Shown here piece after piece: positions 35,111 to 48,462 of a DNA stretch of 64,000 bases (position 1 is the stretch's first letter; every line of letters starts with the position of its first letter). Location: positions 197,135,157 through 197,199,156 of the forward strand of contig NC_058133.1 of the NCBI RefSeq assembly GCF_016433145.1. The letters run 5' to 3'. A model generated the notes under the pieces. It ran no database searches. It was not told the DNA's origin and saw nothing but the letters and a program-made list of their open reading frames with translations. The DNA comes from Gracilinanus agilis (lineage: Eukaryota). A program made the translations under genes and the position numbers.

Positions 35111-35596
35111 NNNNNNNNNNNNNNNNNNNNNNNNNNNNNNNNNNNNNNNNNNNNNNNNNNNNNNNNNNNNNNNNNNNNNNNNNNNNNNNNNNNNNNNNNN
35201 NNNNNNNNNNNNNNNNNNNNNNNNNNNNNNNNNNNNNNNNNNNNNNNNNNNNNNNNNNNNNNNNNNNNNNNNNNNNNNNNNNNNNNNNNNNNNNNNNNNN
35301 NNNNNNNNNNNNNNNNNNNNNNNNNNNNNNNNNNNNNNNNNNNNNNNNNNNNNNNNNNNNNNNNNNNNNNNNNNNNNNNNNNNNNNNNNNNNNNNNNNNN
35401 NNNNNNNNNNNNNNNNNNNNNNNNNNNNNNNNNNNNNNNNNNNNNNNNNNNNNNNNNNNNNNNNNNNNNNNNNNNNNNNNNNNNNNNNNNNNNNNNNNNN
35501 NNNNNNNNNNNNNNNNNNNNNNNNNNNNNNNNNNNNNNNNNNNNNNNNNNNNNNNNNNNNNNNNNNNNNNNNNNNNNNNNNNNNNNNNNNNNNNNN
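35111..35596. other. Assembly gap (486 N)
   Basis: Run of N. Confidence 1.
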
Positions 35597-36750
35597 AGAG
35601 AAGTGTCACAGAAGTCAAAGAAGGAGAGAAAAGAGGTTTCATAACAAAGTAAAAAGTCAGTACAATGAAGCCTACAAGAAAGGCCATTGGGCTTAGCCAC
35701 AGAGATTATTGCTAACTAAGGAAGTGGAAGCCATGAATTTAAATGATTTTAGGAGTTTGAACATGAATTAGAAGAAAAACATTCTGTGGTAATTTGAGGG
35801 GAAGTCAGTCAAATGAAATGTTTTTAAAAGATGAGGAAGGTGAGACCTTGTTTTTTAAAAGTGCTATCAGGAAAAGATTGAAGTGTCAATGAAAAAATAC
35901 AATGTAATAAATATGACTACTATGTGTCAGCCAGAGACACAATGAAAAAAAAAAAAGAAACATTCCACTATAGGGAGATGCAACACTGTATATATTCAGG
36001 AAGGCGGATACAAGGCAAGTAAGGAGGAAGAACAGGAAGGATGGGTGCTCAAAAAAGCCTCTCATCAGAAGTGGGGCCTGAGGTGAACCCTGAAAAAGGC
36101 TAAAGAGTCTAAGAGGTGGAGCTGAGGAAGCAGCGCATGCTGAGCACTGGGAGAGCTTGAGCAAAGACCCAGAGGTGTGAAAAGGAATGTGAGGTCTGGA
36201 GAATAGTTAGTAGCCAGTTTGACTGGAATGTTGAATGTATGTGAAAAAGTCTGAAAAAGTAGCCTGGAATCAGATTGTGGAGGGCATAAAATGCCAGGCT
36301 GAGGGGTCTGCAGTTTATCATTGAGGCACTAGGGATTCCCAAGATTATTTAGATGGCTAAAGGGAGGATGGACAGGGCAGAACAGAAAATGGAAGCAGAG
36401 ACCAATAGGACGCTGTTACATTATCCTGAATGAGAGATGATTAGAACTGCGACAAGAGTAATGATCATGTAAGCACTGAATAGGGAATGCATGAATGGAA
36501 GAGATATTGCAGAAGTAATTGCCTAGGCAATGGATCAGAGTGGGAGGCTAGAGATAGGGAAGAATCCAGCTTGACTATTTTGTGACTGGAGGGATGATTA
36601 TACCCTCAGCAAAATAGAGGAAATCTGAAGAAAGTCCTAGAAGATAATGAGTTCTCTATCTTCCATATCACATTTGAGATGCAGACAGGACATTCAGCTG
36701 AAGTTGTATAGCAGGCAGTTGGTTAAGAACTGAGGTTCTGGAAAAAGAAT
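35597..36750 (-). mobile_element. L2 fragments, reverse orientation (also 34140-34530)
   Basis: Purine-rich L2 reverse-complement motifs such as cagattgtggagggc and catttgagatgcagacaggacattcag. Confidence 0.65.
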
Positions 36751-37564
36751 AAGGTTAGACATGTTGTTTCATCTTATTTGCAGTTATTTAAATTTTTGCT
36801 ATGAAACAAAATAAGAGAAGCCATCTTCACTTTTCTAAAACCCCATAATCAAGATTCATATAATACCATGTGAACAGAATTCTTATGGTTTTATTATAAG
36901 CCCACAATTTTCCTTTTCCATGGGAATTTCCCAGTGTCCTGGGTTGATATTATATCTACCAACTTCCATACATTATCGATGTCTATTATGTACATAATAG
37001 ACATCTATAACATATACATGTGTATAATAGATGTCTATGATAGATAGATAAATAGATAGATAGTTTATCCCCTGTCCCCCCCCTCCCATTTTTCTGTGTT
37101 CCCAATAAATTGATTTTGGAGGATTCTAAAATGCACCCACTTGTTACTTTCAATATCAGAGACTTGAATAAGTTGTTTTCATTGGATCACAGAATTATAG
37201 ATAAGGATTTGCCCAAGATCAGCTTTATTTCCATTGTGTGCATGGTGATATCATGTCTAAACTATATGTTTAATGGTTTTGTTTGCCTGTGGCTGTACTT
37301 ATTTATTACAAGGGAAAGGCATCTATAGGGGAGGGCAAATTAGTGGGTAGTGATCCCGATGAAAAAAAGAAAGTGAAAAATAAAGGAAAGCAAGAAAGAA
37401 GGGAAAGAGTGTAGGGTTGGAGTAGGATAGCATTAATTATTACAATTATACACTGAGAGGCTTTAGTATAGTGGCTAAAACTAGCCCTATATTCAGAATG
37501 ATTTTGGATTTAAGTTCTACTTCTGGCAACCTGGGCAGGTCACTAAACTTCTTAATGTTATTAG

Positions 37565-38090
37565 TTGGGGAAAGGGCTCAACAAATTTTATTATAAGAAT
37601 GTTATCAAATTTTATTTTATTCATACAATAAATATGAAAAATTCAGAGAAACTTGAGAAGACATATGGATCGATACAGAATGAAGTCAGTGGAACCAAGA
37701 GAACAATTTATACCACAACATTAATTAATTCATTAAAGGGAAATTTTAGAAAAGAATATTCAAAAGGGGCAAAAAACTTTGCCATTACTTTGTTAAATTT
37801 AATATTCACTTTTCAAAAACAGAAGTTCATGTGTGCTCTTTTGTTCTTTGTGTTCTAAAAGTGTGTTTGTTAATGATTTTAAAGTTCATAATAAAAATAA
37901 TTTTTAAAAATGACTTATTGAAGTGATAGAAAGCCAAACCAGGGATGACAGAGTAAGAGAACTGGGTGGGTATAAATGGGATAAACTTATCCATAGGACA
38001 AAAGAGGAAAGTAGACTAGATTAGAAAACAGAATCCAACAATATGTTGTTTATTAGAAACTCATTTGAAACATAAAGATGTTTCAATATA
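37565..38090 (+). mobile_element. L1 fragments (3' end piece, then endonuclease N-terminus at ~37970-38085)
   Basis: Translates to NG...IRKQNPTICCLLETHLKHKD, the L1 ORF2 endonuclease motif. Confidence 0.7.
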
Positions 38091-38550
38091 GAATAATTTT
38101 AGAAATATAGAAAATCATACACATAATATATTAGGTATATACTATATGGATTAATGTATAGAATATATTCTATATAAATATAGAATGTTTTATTCTATAG
38201 ATAAACATAGAAATATAACAATATAGAAAAATTAAATAACATGCCTATAATATAGATATAGAGAAACTAAAAAGAGAATTGGATTGGTGGATGGAATGGC
38301 AGGAGGAAGGGCTGAAAATGAAAACTAAGTTTCATAGGATGGTGGGAGAGATAGAATGACAAGAGGTTATGGTTGGAGAGGAGAATTGTAGTTTAAGATG
38401 ATGAAGTTGCTACAGTTTTTAGTGATGATGCAGTCTGAGGTAGCTGAGATAAAGTAGAAATAATGGTCATGAAAGTAGAGGAGAATGATGACCTTGGAGG
38501 CTAGGATGATAGAAGAAATTTAAATGTGAATAGTTAAGAAAGGCAGGTGA

Positions 38551-38860
38551 GCCAAGTATGGTGGTATATGCCTATAATCTACTACTAGGAGTGAGGCTAG
38601 TGGACCACTTGACTTCAGGAGTTCTGAGCTGCAGTACATCTAAAGTTAATTAAATGTCTGAACTAAATGTGGTGAGTCTCCATGGATCTCCACCAGGCTG
38701 CCTAAGGAAGAGTGACTTCATCCAGATAAGAAAAATGGAGGTTAAAGCTTCTGTATTTCCTGCATTACAATCATCATTGCATTGGGTTTATGAATGGTCA
38801 CTGTATTTCCAGCCTGGTTGAAATAGAAGGATCCAGTCTCAAAAAAATAAAATAGAATAA
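38551..38860 (+). pseudogene. Full-length decayed 7SL (SRP RNA) retrocopy
   Basis: Colinear with 7SL: gcc..ggtgg..tgcct.ta.tc; caggagttctg.gctg.agt; ccaccagg.tgcctaagga; cactg.a.tccagcctgg; gtctc + A-rich tail. All CpGs are decayed. Confidence 0.88.
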
Positions 38861-39719
38861 AGAGCATAAGGGATCAGATAGGGGACAGCAAGAAAGATCT
38901 ACACTCCACCTACCTAAGTCATCTGTTGACTTAAGGTGTAATAGATGCTGGTGCAGTTGGAATGGTTGATGATGGCATGAATGAAGTTTGTCTTTCCCAG
39001 GTGATGGTGATTTCCTCACCCAGCTAGCAGGCTTATGGGTGATGGAGGCCAATCAGTGGAAGGACTGATTAGGTATTAAGTTCATAAGTGGTGTTGGCAG
39101 ACATCATGAAGAGTAGGTACCAACAGATTAGTGTTACTTCTTCTCCTCAAAGACAGTGTCCCACCTTATGACTGCTTTTTTCTTTCTCTAAAGTTATTAA
39201 AAGTTGCCCAATTAAGCTAATTTCTCCTATTTAGAAGTTTATGGAAACTTCATCTGGACCCTTATTACAGTTTTATAATCCTTCCATCCATCTCTTAGAG
39301 TCTCATTCCTCACATTTATTGTTTCAAATTTTTTATTCTCTTTTACATTCAATTTATACCCTGCATCCTACTCAACTTTTACACTGGGCTGAGTCAATCT
39401 GATGTGAGATCCCTCAGTGTCCCTCTGATATTGCTCAAAACTTTTCAATATTACCACCCAACTTTTTAGCATTGTCACTTACTCTTTCTTAGGTCATAGA
39501 AGAGGAAGCACTGTATACCACTATTCCCCACTAAGGGCAATCCCTTTTCTACTTCCATTGATTCCCTTTCTTCAAGACTCCTTAACTTGTTCTTTCCTTC
39601 TCTATTAGCCTCTTTCACATCTTTTTACAAACATGGGCAACTCCGTCAAATTCTTAAATATCCTTCCCCCCTCCAGCTATTATTCTTTCTCTTTTTCTGC
39701 ACTACTAAACTTCTTAAAA

Positions 39720-42500
39720 ATAATTTTTATTGATGAATTTTGTTTTTTTATTTCACCATAATTTTCTTCATCAATTTTGTTCTTTCTCCCCTTCCCAGAG
39801 AGCCATCACATAAAATAAAATATTTTCAAAGAAAAAGAGGAAACAATTAGGTTCTTTCTCTGCAAAGAGTTGGAAAATTTCATATTTCTTCTTTCCAGAT
39901 ATCCTTTTTCTTTGCAATTTTCCAATATTCAAATTTGATTTTTTTTATGGTTGTTTTCTCCATTTCCATTTTTGTAGTCATTTTGTATATTTTCTTGATT
40001 CTGCTTACTTCGGCCTGTCAGTTCATGTAGATTTTTTCATGCTCCTATGTATTAATCATTTTCATAATTTCTTATCTAATAGTAATATTCTATTATCATT
40101 ATATGCTGCAATTTGTTTAGCTATTATCCCAATTTATAAGCACCTGCTTTATTTTCAATTCTTTGTGATAAGGAAAAAGTGATATTATAACTATTTTGAT
40201 GTGGGGGTCTTTATTCTTATTAAAGGCCTCCTCAGGGTATAAGTCTCATAGTGAAACGTTAAGTCAAAAGGAATGGACATTATAGTCACTTATTGTGCAT
40301 AATTCCTAATTTCTTTCTGAAATGGTGATATTGATTCATAGATCCAACATGTATCAGTCTGCCTATCTTTCTATGAACCCTCTAAATATGGATAATTACC
40401 ATATTTTGTCATCTTTGCCAATTTTCAGAGTATGAGATGAAACTTTAGGGTTGTTTTGATTTCACGTTTCTCTGATTATTAAGGATTTAGAGTATTCTTT
40501 CCTGTAATTTTTAAAAATGATATCTTATTTTTCCCAATATGTAAAATTTTTAACTTTTTTTTTTTTAAATTTGAGTTCCAAATTCTCTCTCCCTCTTCAG
40601 GCCCCTTGCTAAGACAGTAAGTAATTTGATATAGATTATACATGTGCAATTATGTAGAACATATTTCCACAAAAGTCATGTTGTAAAATAAAACAGACCA
40701 AAAAAATAAAGTGAAAAATAGCGTTCTTTGATCTGCATTCTGATTCCATCAATTCGTTCTTACGAGGTAGATTGCATTTTTCATCATGAGTCCTTTGGAA
40801 TTATCTTGTATCCTCGTATTGATCAGAATAGCTAAGTCATTCATGGTTGATCATCATATAACAATGCTGTTATGGTATACAATGATCCTTTCTGGTTCTG
40901 TTCACTTCACTTTCTATCAGTTAATAAAGGTCTATCTAAGTTTTTCTTAAAGCATCCTGTTCACCCTTTCTTATAGTACAATAGTATTCCATCACAATCA
41001 TACATCACAACTGGGCATCCTTTCAATTTCTGATTCTTTGCTACCACAAAAAGGAGTTGCCATAAACATTTTTGTACAAATAAGTCCTTTTTCTTTCTCT
41101 TTAATAACCGGTTTGGGATACAAACCTAGTAGTGATATTTCTGGGTCAAAAGGTATACACAGATTTATGGCCCTTAGGGAATAGTTCCAAATTGCTCTCC
41201 AAAATGGTTAGACTAGGTCACAATTCCACCAACAATGTCCCAGTTTTTCCACATCCCCTCTAACATTTACCATTTTCTTTTTTTTGTCATATTAGCCAAA
41301 CCAATAGGTATGAGTTAGTATGTTGAAGTTACTGTAATTTGCATTTTTCTAATTAAGAATGATTTAGAGTATTTTTTCATTTAACTATAGAGAGCTCTGA
41401 TATATCTGAAACTGTTTATATCCTTTGACCATTTATCAACTGGAGAACAACTTGTATTCTTATATATTTGACTCAGTTCTATATCTTTTATAAGTAAGGC
41501 CTTTATCAGAGACCCTTGTGGTAAAAAATTAGCCCCTTCACCCCATGGTTTTCTGTATTCCTTCTAAACTTGGTTGCATTGCTTTTCTTTGTGTAAAACC
41601 TTTAAAAAATTTAATATAATCAAAACCATCCCATTTTACATCTCATAATGCTTTCTGTCTCTTGTTTGGTCATAAATTCCTCCCTTATCAATAGGTTCAG
41701 TAATTCATGCTCCCTTAATTTGTTTATGGTATCACCTTTTATTTCTAAATCATGTACCCATTTTGACCTTATCTTGGTATATGATGTGATTGTTTATAGT
41801 TTGCATTCTTTTGAGAACTGCTCATTCATATACTTTGATCACTTATCTATTGAGGAATGGCCTTTGGTCTTCTATGTGTCTGTTGATAAAACTTTATCAA
41901 TGAAATTTAATACAAAGCCTTCCTTTCCTCTCCCATTCTTATTTTAGGAGAATTTTATGCAGAAACTTTTAAATATCATGTAATCAAAACCAATTTCATG
42001 TGATAAAAAGATATCTATTTTCTCTTTTAAATTGCCTCTATCCCTTGTTTAGTTAAGAATATATCTCCTAATGGTAAAAGACTTGACTATTTTGGTCAAG
42101 ACAATGGTCCAAGAAAATTCCAAAGGACTCATAATGAAACATGTTTTCCACATTCAGAGAAGGAACTGATGGAATCTCAGTGCAGATTGATGCAAATTTT
42201 TTTTTTACATCCTTAAATTTTCTTTTTTTTTTTTCCTTTTGTAACATGGCTAATGTGGAAATATATTTTACATGATTTCACATGTATAATTGATATGAAA
42301 TTACTTGCCTTCTTAAGAAAGGGAAAAGGGTGGGAGAGGAAGAATTTGAAATTCAAAATAAAAAAATTGTTAAAAATTTACAATGTAAAAATATAATTGG
42401 GAAATATTTAGTGAAATAAATAAAAAACTTGTTAGAAGAACAAAAAAGACTATATCTCTTATCTATAGCAGTGAGAGTTATATGATTTGCTCCTCTTCCA

Positions 42501-42547
<47 letters not shown>

Positions 42548-45275
42548 TATGACTATATTGAGGTCACACATTCATTTAGAATATATTTGTGGAATATAGT
42601 ATAGGTTATCAGTCTAAGCCTAATTTTTGTTGGAATGCTTTCCAATTTTCTCAGTTTTTGCCATAGAGTTATTGTCTAAGTAATTTATGGTTTCTAGTTT
42701 ACTGAAACCTGGATTTCTGAGTTCCATTGCTTCTGATTCTCTCTTGTCTAATCCGTTCCATTGATATACCTTTCTGTTTTTAACTCATACCAGATGTTTT
42801 GATGGCTGCTGCTTTAAAATGTAATTTGAGGTCTGAAAGTACAAACCTCCTTTTATCCCTATCACTTTTCATTATTTTCCTTAGTATTTTAGATCCTTTT
42901 TAATGGATTTTTATTCTTTTATCATATTCTATACATCATTTCTTTTATAATTCAATGAGATAACATTAGAACTCTAACAACTTTGGGAGGATTGCTATTT
43001 TTATTATATTTGTATGGTACAGCCTTGAACACTGAATATTCCTTCAGCTATTTAAGTTCTTTATTTCTTTAAGAAGCAATTTGTAATTGAATTTTTACAA
43101 GTCTTTTGTGTGTTTTGGTATATTGATTTCCAGATACTTTATATACTTTGTAGTTTTTTGGACTGGTTTTCCCCTTATAACATTACTTAGATTGTTATTA
43201 TGTAGAAATGGTTTTGATTAAGTATTTATTTTATAGTCTGAAACTTTGCTGAAACTATTATCTCAATTAGCATCTTTCAGATTCCCTAGGATTTTTACAG
43301 TAGATTATCATATTATCAAAGATCCTCTTTACCTATGTTTTTACCTTTAATTTCTCTCTTGGTTTTTATTGCTAGTATGAATATATAAGTAAAAATAATA
43401 GTGGAGAGAGTGGCATCCTTGCTTTTACACTTCTATTTATTGCATAAGGTTCTAATGTGTCTTCATTGTATATGATGCTTCTTTTGGTTTTAGAGAAACT
43501 TTTTCTGATATTAGAAAAGGTCCCTCTATGTCTATACTTTGTATTTTTTTTAAGCATATGTGAATGTGGTACTTGCAAAAGGCTTTTTCTGTATGTATTC
43601 AGATAATCATGATTTGTGGTGCTTTTATTTTGAATATGATTATGTCATAATTTTCCTAATGTTGAACCCTTCTTAAATCCTTGGTATAGATCTAACTTAG
43701 TCATGATAAAAAAAAATTTTTAGATGAATTTTCTTAAGCTTTTTGGCAACATTATATTTACTGTTGTTAAAATTTATGTTAATAAATGATGTTAGTTTAT
43801 ATTCTCCTTTGGTATCTTAATCTTTCCTGATTTAGGCGTTAGAATTATATTTAAAAGGAAATCATAAAAAGGAATCTGGTAGGATTCTTTTCCAGTTTTT
43901 AAGAATAATTTGTATATCAGTACTAATTTTTTAAAGTTTGATAGAATTCTCTTGCAAATCTGTCAGAATCAGGATTTCTACCTACCTCCCCCTGGAAATT
44001 CCATGAAAGCTAGTTCTATTTCTTTTTTCTGAGATAGGATTATTTAAAATGAAACAGTTAGTCTTCCTTTAGTTTGGACAGTTTTTATTTTTGAAGGTCT
44101 TATTCTATTTGTTTATTATCTCAGTTCTGGTAGCAAATAATGCTATATAAAAAGTTCTGATTGGTTTTATTTAAAAATTCTGGTTTTGTTGTGATTTCAC
44201 CTTGTTCAGATACTTTTTTTGTTGATTTTCTGACCTCTTCTTTTTAATCATATTGGCTAAATGTTTACTAATTTTATGGTTTTTATCAAGGAACAAGGTT
44301 TTAGTTTTATTCATCATTTATATGGTTTTAAAAATTATCAGTTTGTCTATTTCTCCTCTAATTTTTAATCTCTTGTGTTTATTTTAAATTTATCTATTTG
44401 TTTTCTAAATTTTAAAAATGCACATTCAATTATTCTCTTAATGTATTGTTTTAGATACTATTTTTTCAGAGGACTATTTCTGTAGCATCCCAGAAATTTT
44501 TATATTTCTATCTAACATCAAATAGAAGTATTTGATATGTTGTTTTATCATTACTACTTTAATATAATTACAGTTTCAATGATTTATTTTTTGAACCACT
44601 TATTTAACATTTTATTATTAAGTTTCCATTTGGATCTATGTCTTTTGTTTGTGCTTTGTAAACTAATTACTATTTTTATTGTCATATGTTCTGTTAAGAA
44701 TGTGTTTACTATTTTTGTCTTCTCATATGTTTGTAATATCTGTATTCTAATACATGGTCAATTTTTTAAAAGTACCACGTGATGTTTAGAACTACATATA
44801 TATTTTTTAACAACTTAGAAGATATCACATGTCTTTTATCTCTAGTTTGCCCACCAATATGTTCAATTCTATATTTTTCCTGTTCTTTATTGGTTAGTTA
44901 TCTAAAACTGAAATGTTAAAATCTCTTGCCACTAGTGTTTTACTGGCTATGTAGTCTTGTAATTTATTTAATGTTCCTTATTAATTTAGATGCTATGGTG
45001 TTTGGAGCATATAAGCTTAATACTGATAATAGTTTGTATTTTATCATTTTCTTTTAGCATAAAGTAGTTTCCTTACTTCTTCTTTAGGTTATGAGTTTGT
45101 GGTTTTGCTTTGAGAGTTTGTATAACTCATGCTTTTTTAGATTGATCTGATTCATAGTACATTTTGTTCCAACTCCTCCCTTTTTTTCTTCTGGTGTGTC
45201 TTTGCTTTTTAGTTGTGTTGCTAATAAGCAATAGATAGTGAGGTTTTGTTTTCTTACCCAATCTCTAATCACAGA
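39720..45275 (-). mobile_element. Nested, degraded L1 elements (mainly minus-strand ORF2, with younger inserts)
   Basis: ORF 45084-45272 IRDWVRKQNLTIYCLLATQLKSKD (EN); ORF 43372-43578 ...MPLSPLLF (RT, cf. QGCPLSPLLF); L1 3' motifs 40500-41900; plus-strand L1 end ~42080-42420. Confidence 0.85.
42505..42546 (+). repeat. (TG)n microsatellite
   Basis: Perfect dinucleotide run. Confidence 0.97.
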
Positions 45276-45284
45276 TCATGGGGA

Positions 45285-46115
45285 TAAGAGTTATTCAGAA
45301 AAGTGGGAGGGCATGGACCTAGAGAGATTTTTTATAGGAAATGGGGGGAAATATTCTTGGAGAAGGCAAAGAATAGTAAAGAACTATACAATAAGAGATA
45401 TAAGAAAATGTCTATTTTAAGGCATTAACATATCCTTCTATCAACTGCAGGAATTGTTCTTTTTTAGTTGCAGCACAATAGAAAAAGGAGGATTTGGCAT
45501 AAGAGATGTAAGGCAGTAACAGAGAAACTGTTTAGAAGAGGGAACCTTCTAAAACAGGAGGAATACTGAAACTAATAAAGGTCAAAATAAATATAAGGAT
45601 AATGAATAAAAAAATAATAGACAGAATAGAGAGAAGGGGAAACTAAGTAATAAAGAGAATAAGGGAAACAAATTATTTTTTTAAAAATATGCATAAAAAT
45701 TTTACAAAATAAATGAATAAGGATAGGAGGATTTTACTTGACTACTTAACTGAGAGGAAAATAGGGGAAGAATTAAATAACTGGATAAGAGGAAAAAAGA
45801 AGTAACAAGTTAAGCAAAACTCTAAAACTAGGGAAAGGTACCAAACAGAAGGCAAGTAAATGGAGAGTTGAGAGTGAGATGAGAGCCTCTGAGAATAGTT
45901 GCCTTAAACTAAATAAAGCTAAAGTAACTTGAGACAAAATACTATCTTTACAGATAAGGGGGTCAGATTGTAATGGGAATGGGGATCCGGGAGAGACAGT
46001 GTTAGAAACAAATGGAGGAACATATAAATCTAACACTTGACACTTTAAATGTGAATGGATTAAGAAATCCAGTAAAACAAAAGGAGTGACATTGTATAAG
46101 AAAACAAAATTCCAG
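45285..46115 (+). mobile_element. L1 inter-ORF region to ORF2 start, plus strand
   Basis: Ends with TLNVNGLRNPVKQKE*HCIRKQNS (46042-46115), the L1 EN N-terminus; the upstream part is purine-rich. Confidence 0.65.
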
Positions 46116-47015
46116 TCTTTCCTTATTCTAAAGTAAACTCCTTAATGACAGGGACAATCTTGCTTTTGTGTCTGTATTTCCCACTCTTAGCAGTACCTAG
46201 AATTGTTTAATATTTGCCTTTCATGAATTCATTTTTCTCAGATACAGAACTAGAGCTCAGACAACAAGACTGCATTGGAGGTAGATATTTGGGAATCACT
46301 AGTATAGAAGTCATTGCAGAAACTCTGAAAACTGAAGGCATGTAGAAAATTAAAGGATTAAACAAGACAGCATTAAAGATAGATATTTGAGAGTCATCAG
46401 CATATAGGTCATTGCTGAAACCCTGAACATCTAGGGCAAGTGTAGAAAATGAAAGGAAAAAAAAAGAAAAGAAAAGGGCAAATGAACAGGCTTTAGGGAA
46501 AGCTCATAGCTATACAGTTATTTGATGGGACAAAGAAGAGGATCAAGGGAAGTTAATAGGTAAAGTGTTTTATTAAATTTAGAGCTAAAAAGGACCTCGA
46601 AGATTATCTAATATAAACCTCTGAGACACTTACTGATAAGAAAACTAAACCTCAGAGGGGAACAAGTGATTTAGGATCATGAAATTCAGAGCTAGAGGGG
46701 ACCTTTGAAATCATCCTCTAATTTTAAACAAGAAAATTGGGGTCTTGAAGTTAATTGACTTGTCAGAGCTGGAATTTTCACTCAGGGTGCCTGACTTTGA
46801 ATCCAGTGCTCTGTTCTCCATACTGTACTATGAACACTTCATCTTTCCAACTTTTCTAGAGAACAGAGAGTTCCATACTGCTATACTATCCAGATTAGGA
46901 ATGAAGAAACCTCCATTCTATTCCCTGATCTATTCCAAAACCACTTTCTTGTTCTTTTTCCTTCAGGGCTATATTTATATACTCAATTTAATATTATGTC
47001 ATGAATTTTGCATAT

Positions 47016-47202
47016 TTTTTTTATTTTAAACCCTTAACTTCTGTGTATTGGCTCCTAGGTGGAAGAGTGGTAAGGGTGGGCAGTGGGGGTCAAGTGACTT
47101 GCCCAGGGTCACACAGCTGGGAAGTGTCTGAGGCCGGATTTGAACCTAGGACCTCCCATCTCTAGGCCTGACTCTCAATCCACTGAGCTACCCAGCTGCC
47201 CC
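47016..47202 (-). mobile_element. Young SINE1_Mdo-like element just downstream of GIP
   Basis: Near-consensus sequence with retained CpG; 12-bp TSD aattttgcatat (47004-47015 and 47203-47214). Confidence 0.95.
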
Positions 47203-47444
47203 AATTTTGCATATGTTTTAATTGTTCTTTGGTTGTTTTGCCTTCATTATACTGAAATTTTCCCTCAGAATAAGGTTCTCATTTCCTTAAATCCTATAGC
47301 TTTTCTCATCCTCTCTTCTCTCACTTTTGCCAGCTGCTTGGGGTTCAATAAATGCTAGAATGTTATTGTTGGGTTTTGTTTTTGTTTTTGTTATTGTTTT
47401 TTAGTCCAATGGAAAATCACTCAAGATTCATTTCATCTTCAAAC

Positions 47445-47450
47445 TTTATT
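47445..47450 (-). terminator. GIP: GIP polyadenylation signal
   Basis: Minus strand reads accAATAAAgttt ~100 nt after the stop, the same context as recalled for the human GIP 3'UTR. Confidence 0.85.
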
Positions 47451-47548
47451 GGTCTCTCTTTGGAACTCCTGAGGAGGAATACAGACAGAAATATCAGACA
47501 GAAGTTTTTCTCCCAGTGAAATCAAGCCCAGAGTGTGTTTAAGCTGAA

Positions 47549-47558
47549 TCACTCAAAC
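47549..47558 (-). CDS. GIP: GIP exon 6, coding part: (R)FE*
   Basis: Polypyrimidine tract + ccAG/G TTT GAG TGA; completes the phase-2 codon; parallels human (R)SR*. Confidence 0.85.
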
Positions 47559-48462
47559 CTGGAGGGAAATGAGAGAGGAACCATTAGTGACTATTGCATC
47601 AAAGCAAATACACACTATACCACCTCCCCTTGCTCATATCATACTCTCTACCACCTTCAAACTGTCCTTCCCACCTCACAAGATTATCTTTCCCTCACTT
47701 CTCAGTTGATTCCTTTCCTTATCTGGTGAGCCCATTGAGTGCTGCTCTTACCATTCACTTTTAATTCTCTAATATGTCCAGCTAAAGAATTTGAATTTGT
47801 CTCAGTGGCTGCATCTATGTATTTGTATCCTCTCTCCTTCTTTAGATGGAGTATAAAGACTATGTGTTGTTCCTTTGGAATGCTCTTATAAATTCACAGG
47901 TCTACTGTTGATAGGGACCTCAGAAAACATAGACCACAAGCATTTGGTCTTTAGGAGATACTCAGACATCAGAATAGACAGACAGGTACATATTTAAGAC
48001 TTTACTGAGATGGAGGTTAAGGCATTGTTGAGACAGGACAAACAAGTGGCTATGACATAACCTAATGCTAACTTTGCAATGGAGGATTTATGGAAGAGAA
48101 TGAGAAGGCATAGATCAGTGGAAGGAATACTTAATCTCAGGAGACAAGGTTCTTGTAAAGGGCCACAAATATGAGCAATAATCTCCTGCTGAGTTTGCCT
48201 CATTGATACAATATGGAAGGAAAAGAGAAAGGGAGGAGGCAATAGGATTTCACCTTAGTGGATCCTTGTATCATTGATTCAGAGGTAGAAGGGACCTAAG
48301 AAATCATTGAGTCTAAACCCCTTATTTTACAGATGAGGGAACCAAGGCATAGAGGGATGAGAATCTGAAGCCAGGCCTTCTTGCTGCCAATTTCAGTGTT
48401 CTGTCCACTATTCCATGCTGCTTCTAGTTAAGAGAGAACCTAGAAACCAATTACTCTCCTAC

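Noticed and set aside
34940-35700. Long ORFs spanning 35111-35596
   Set aside because: Artefacts of translating N runs and microsatellites.
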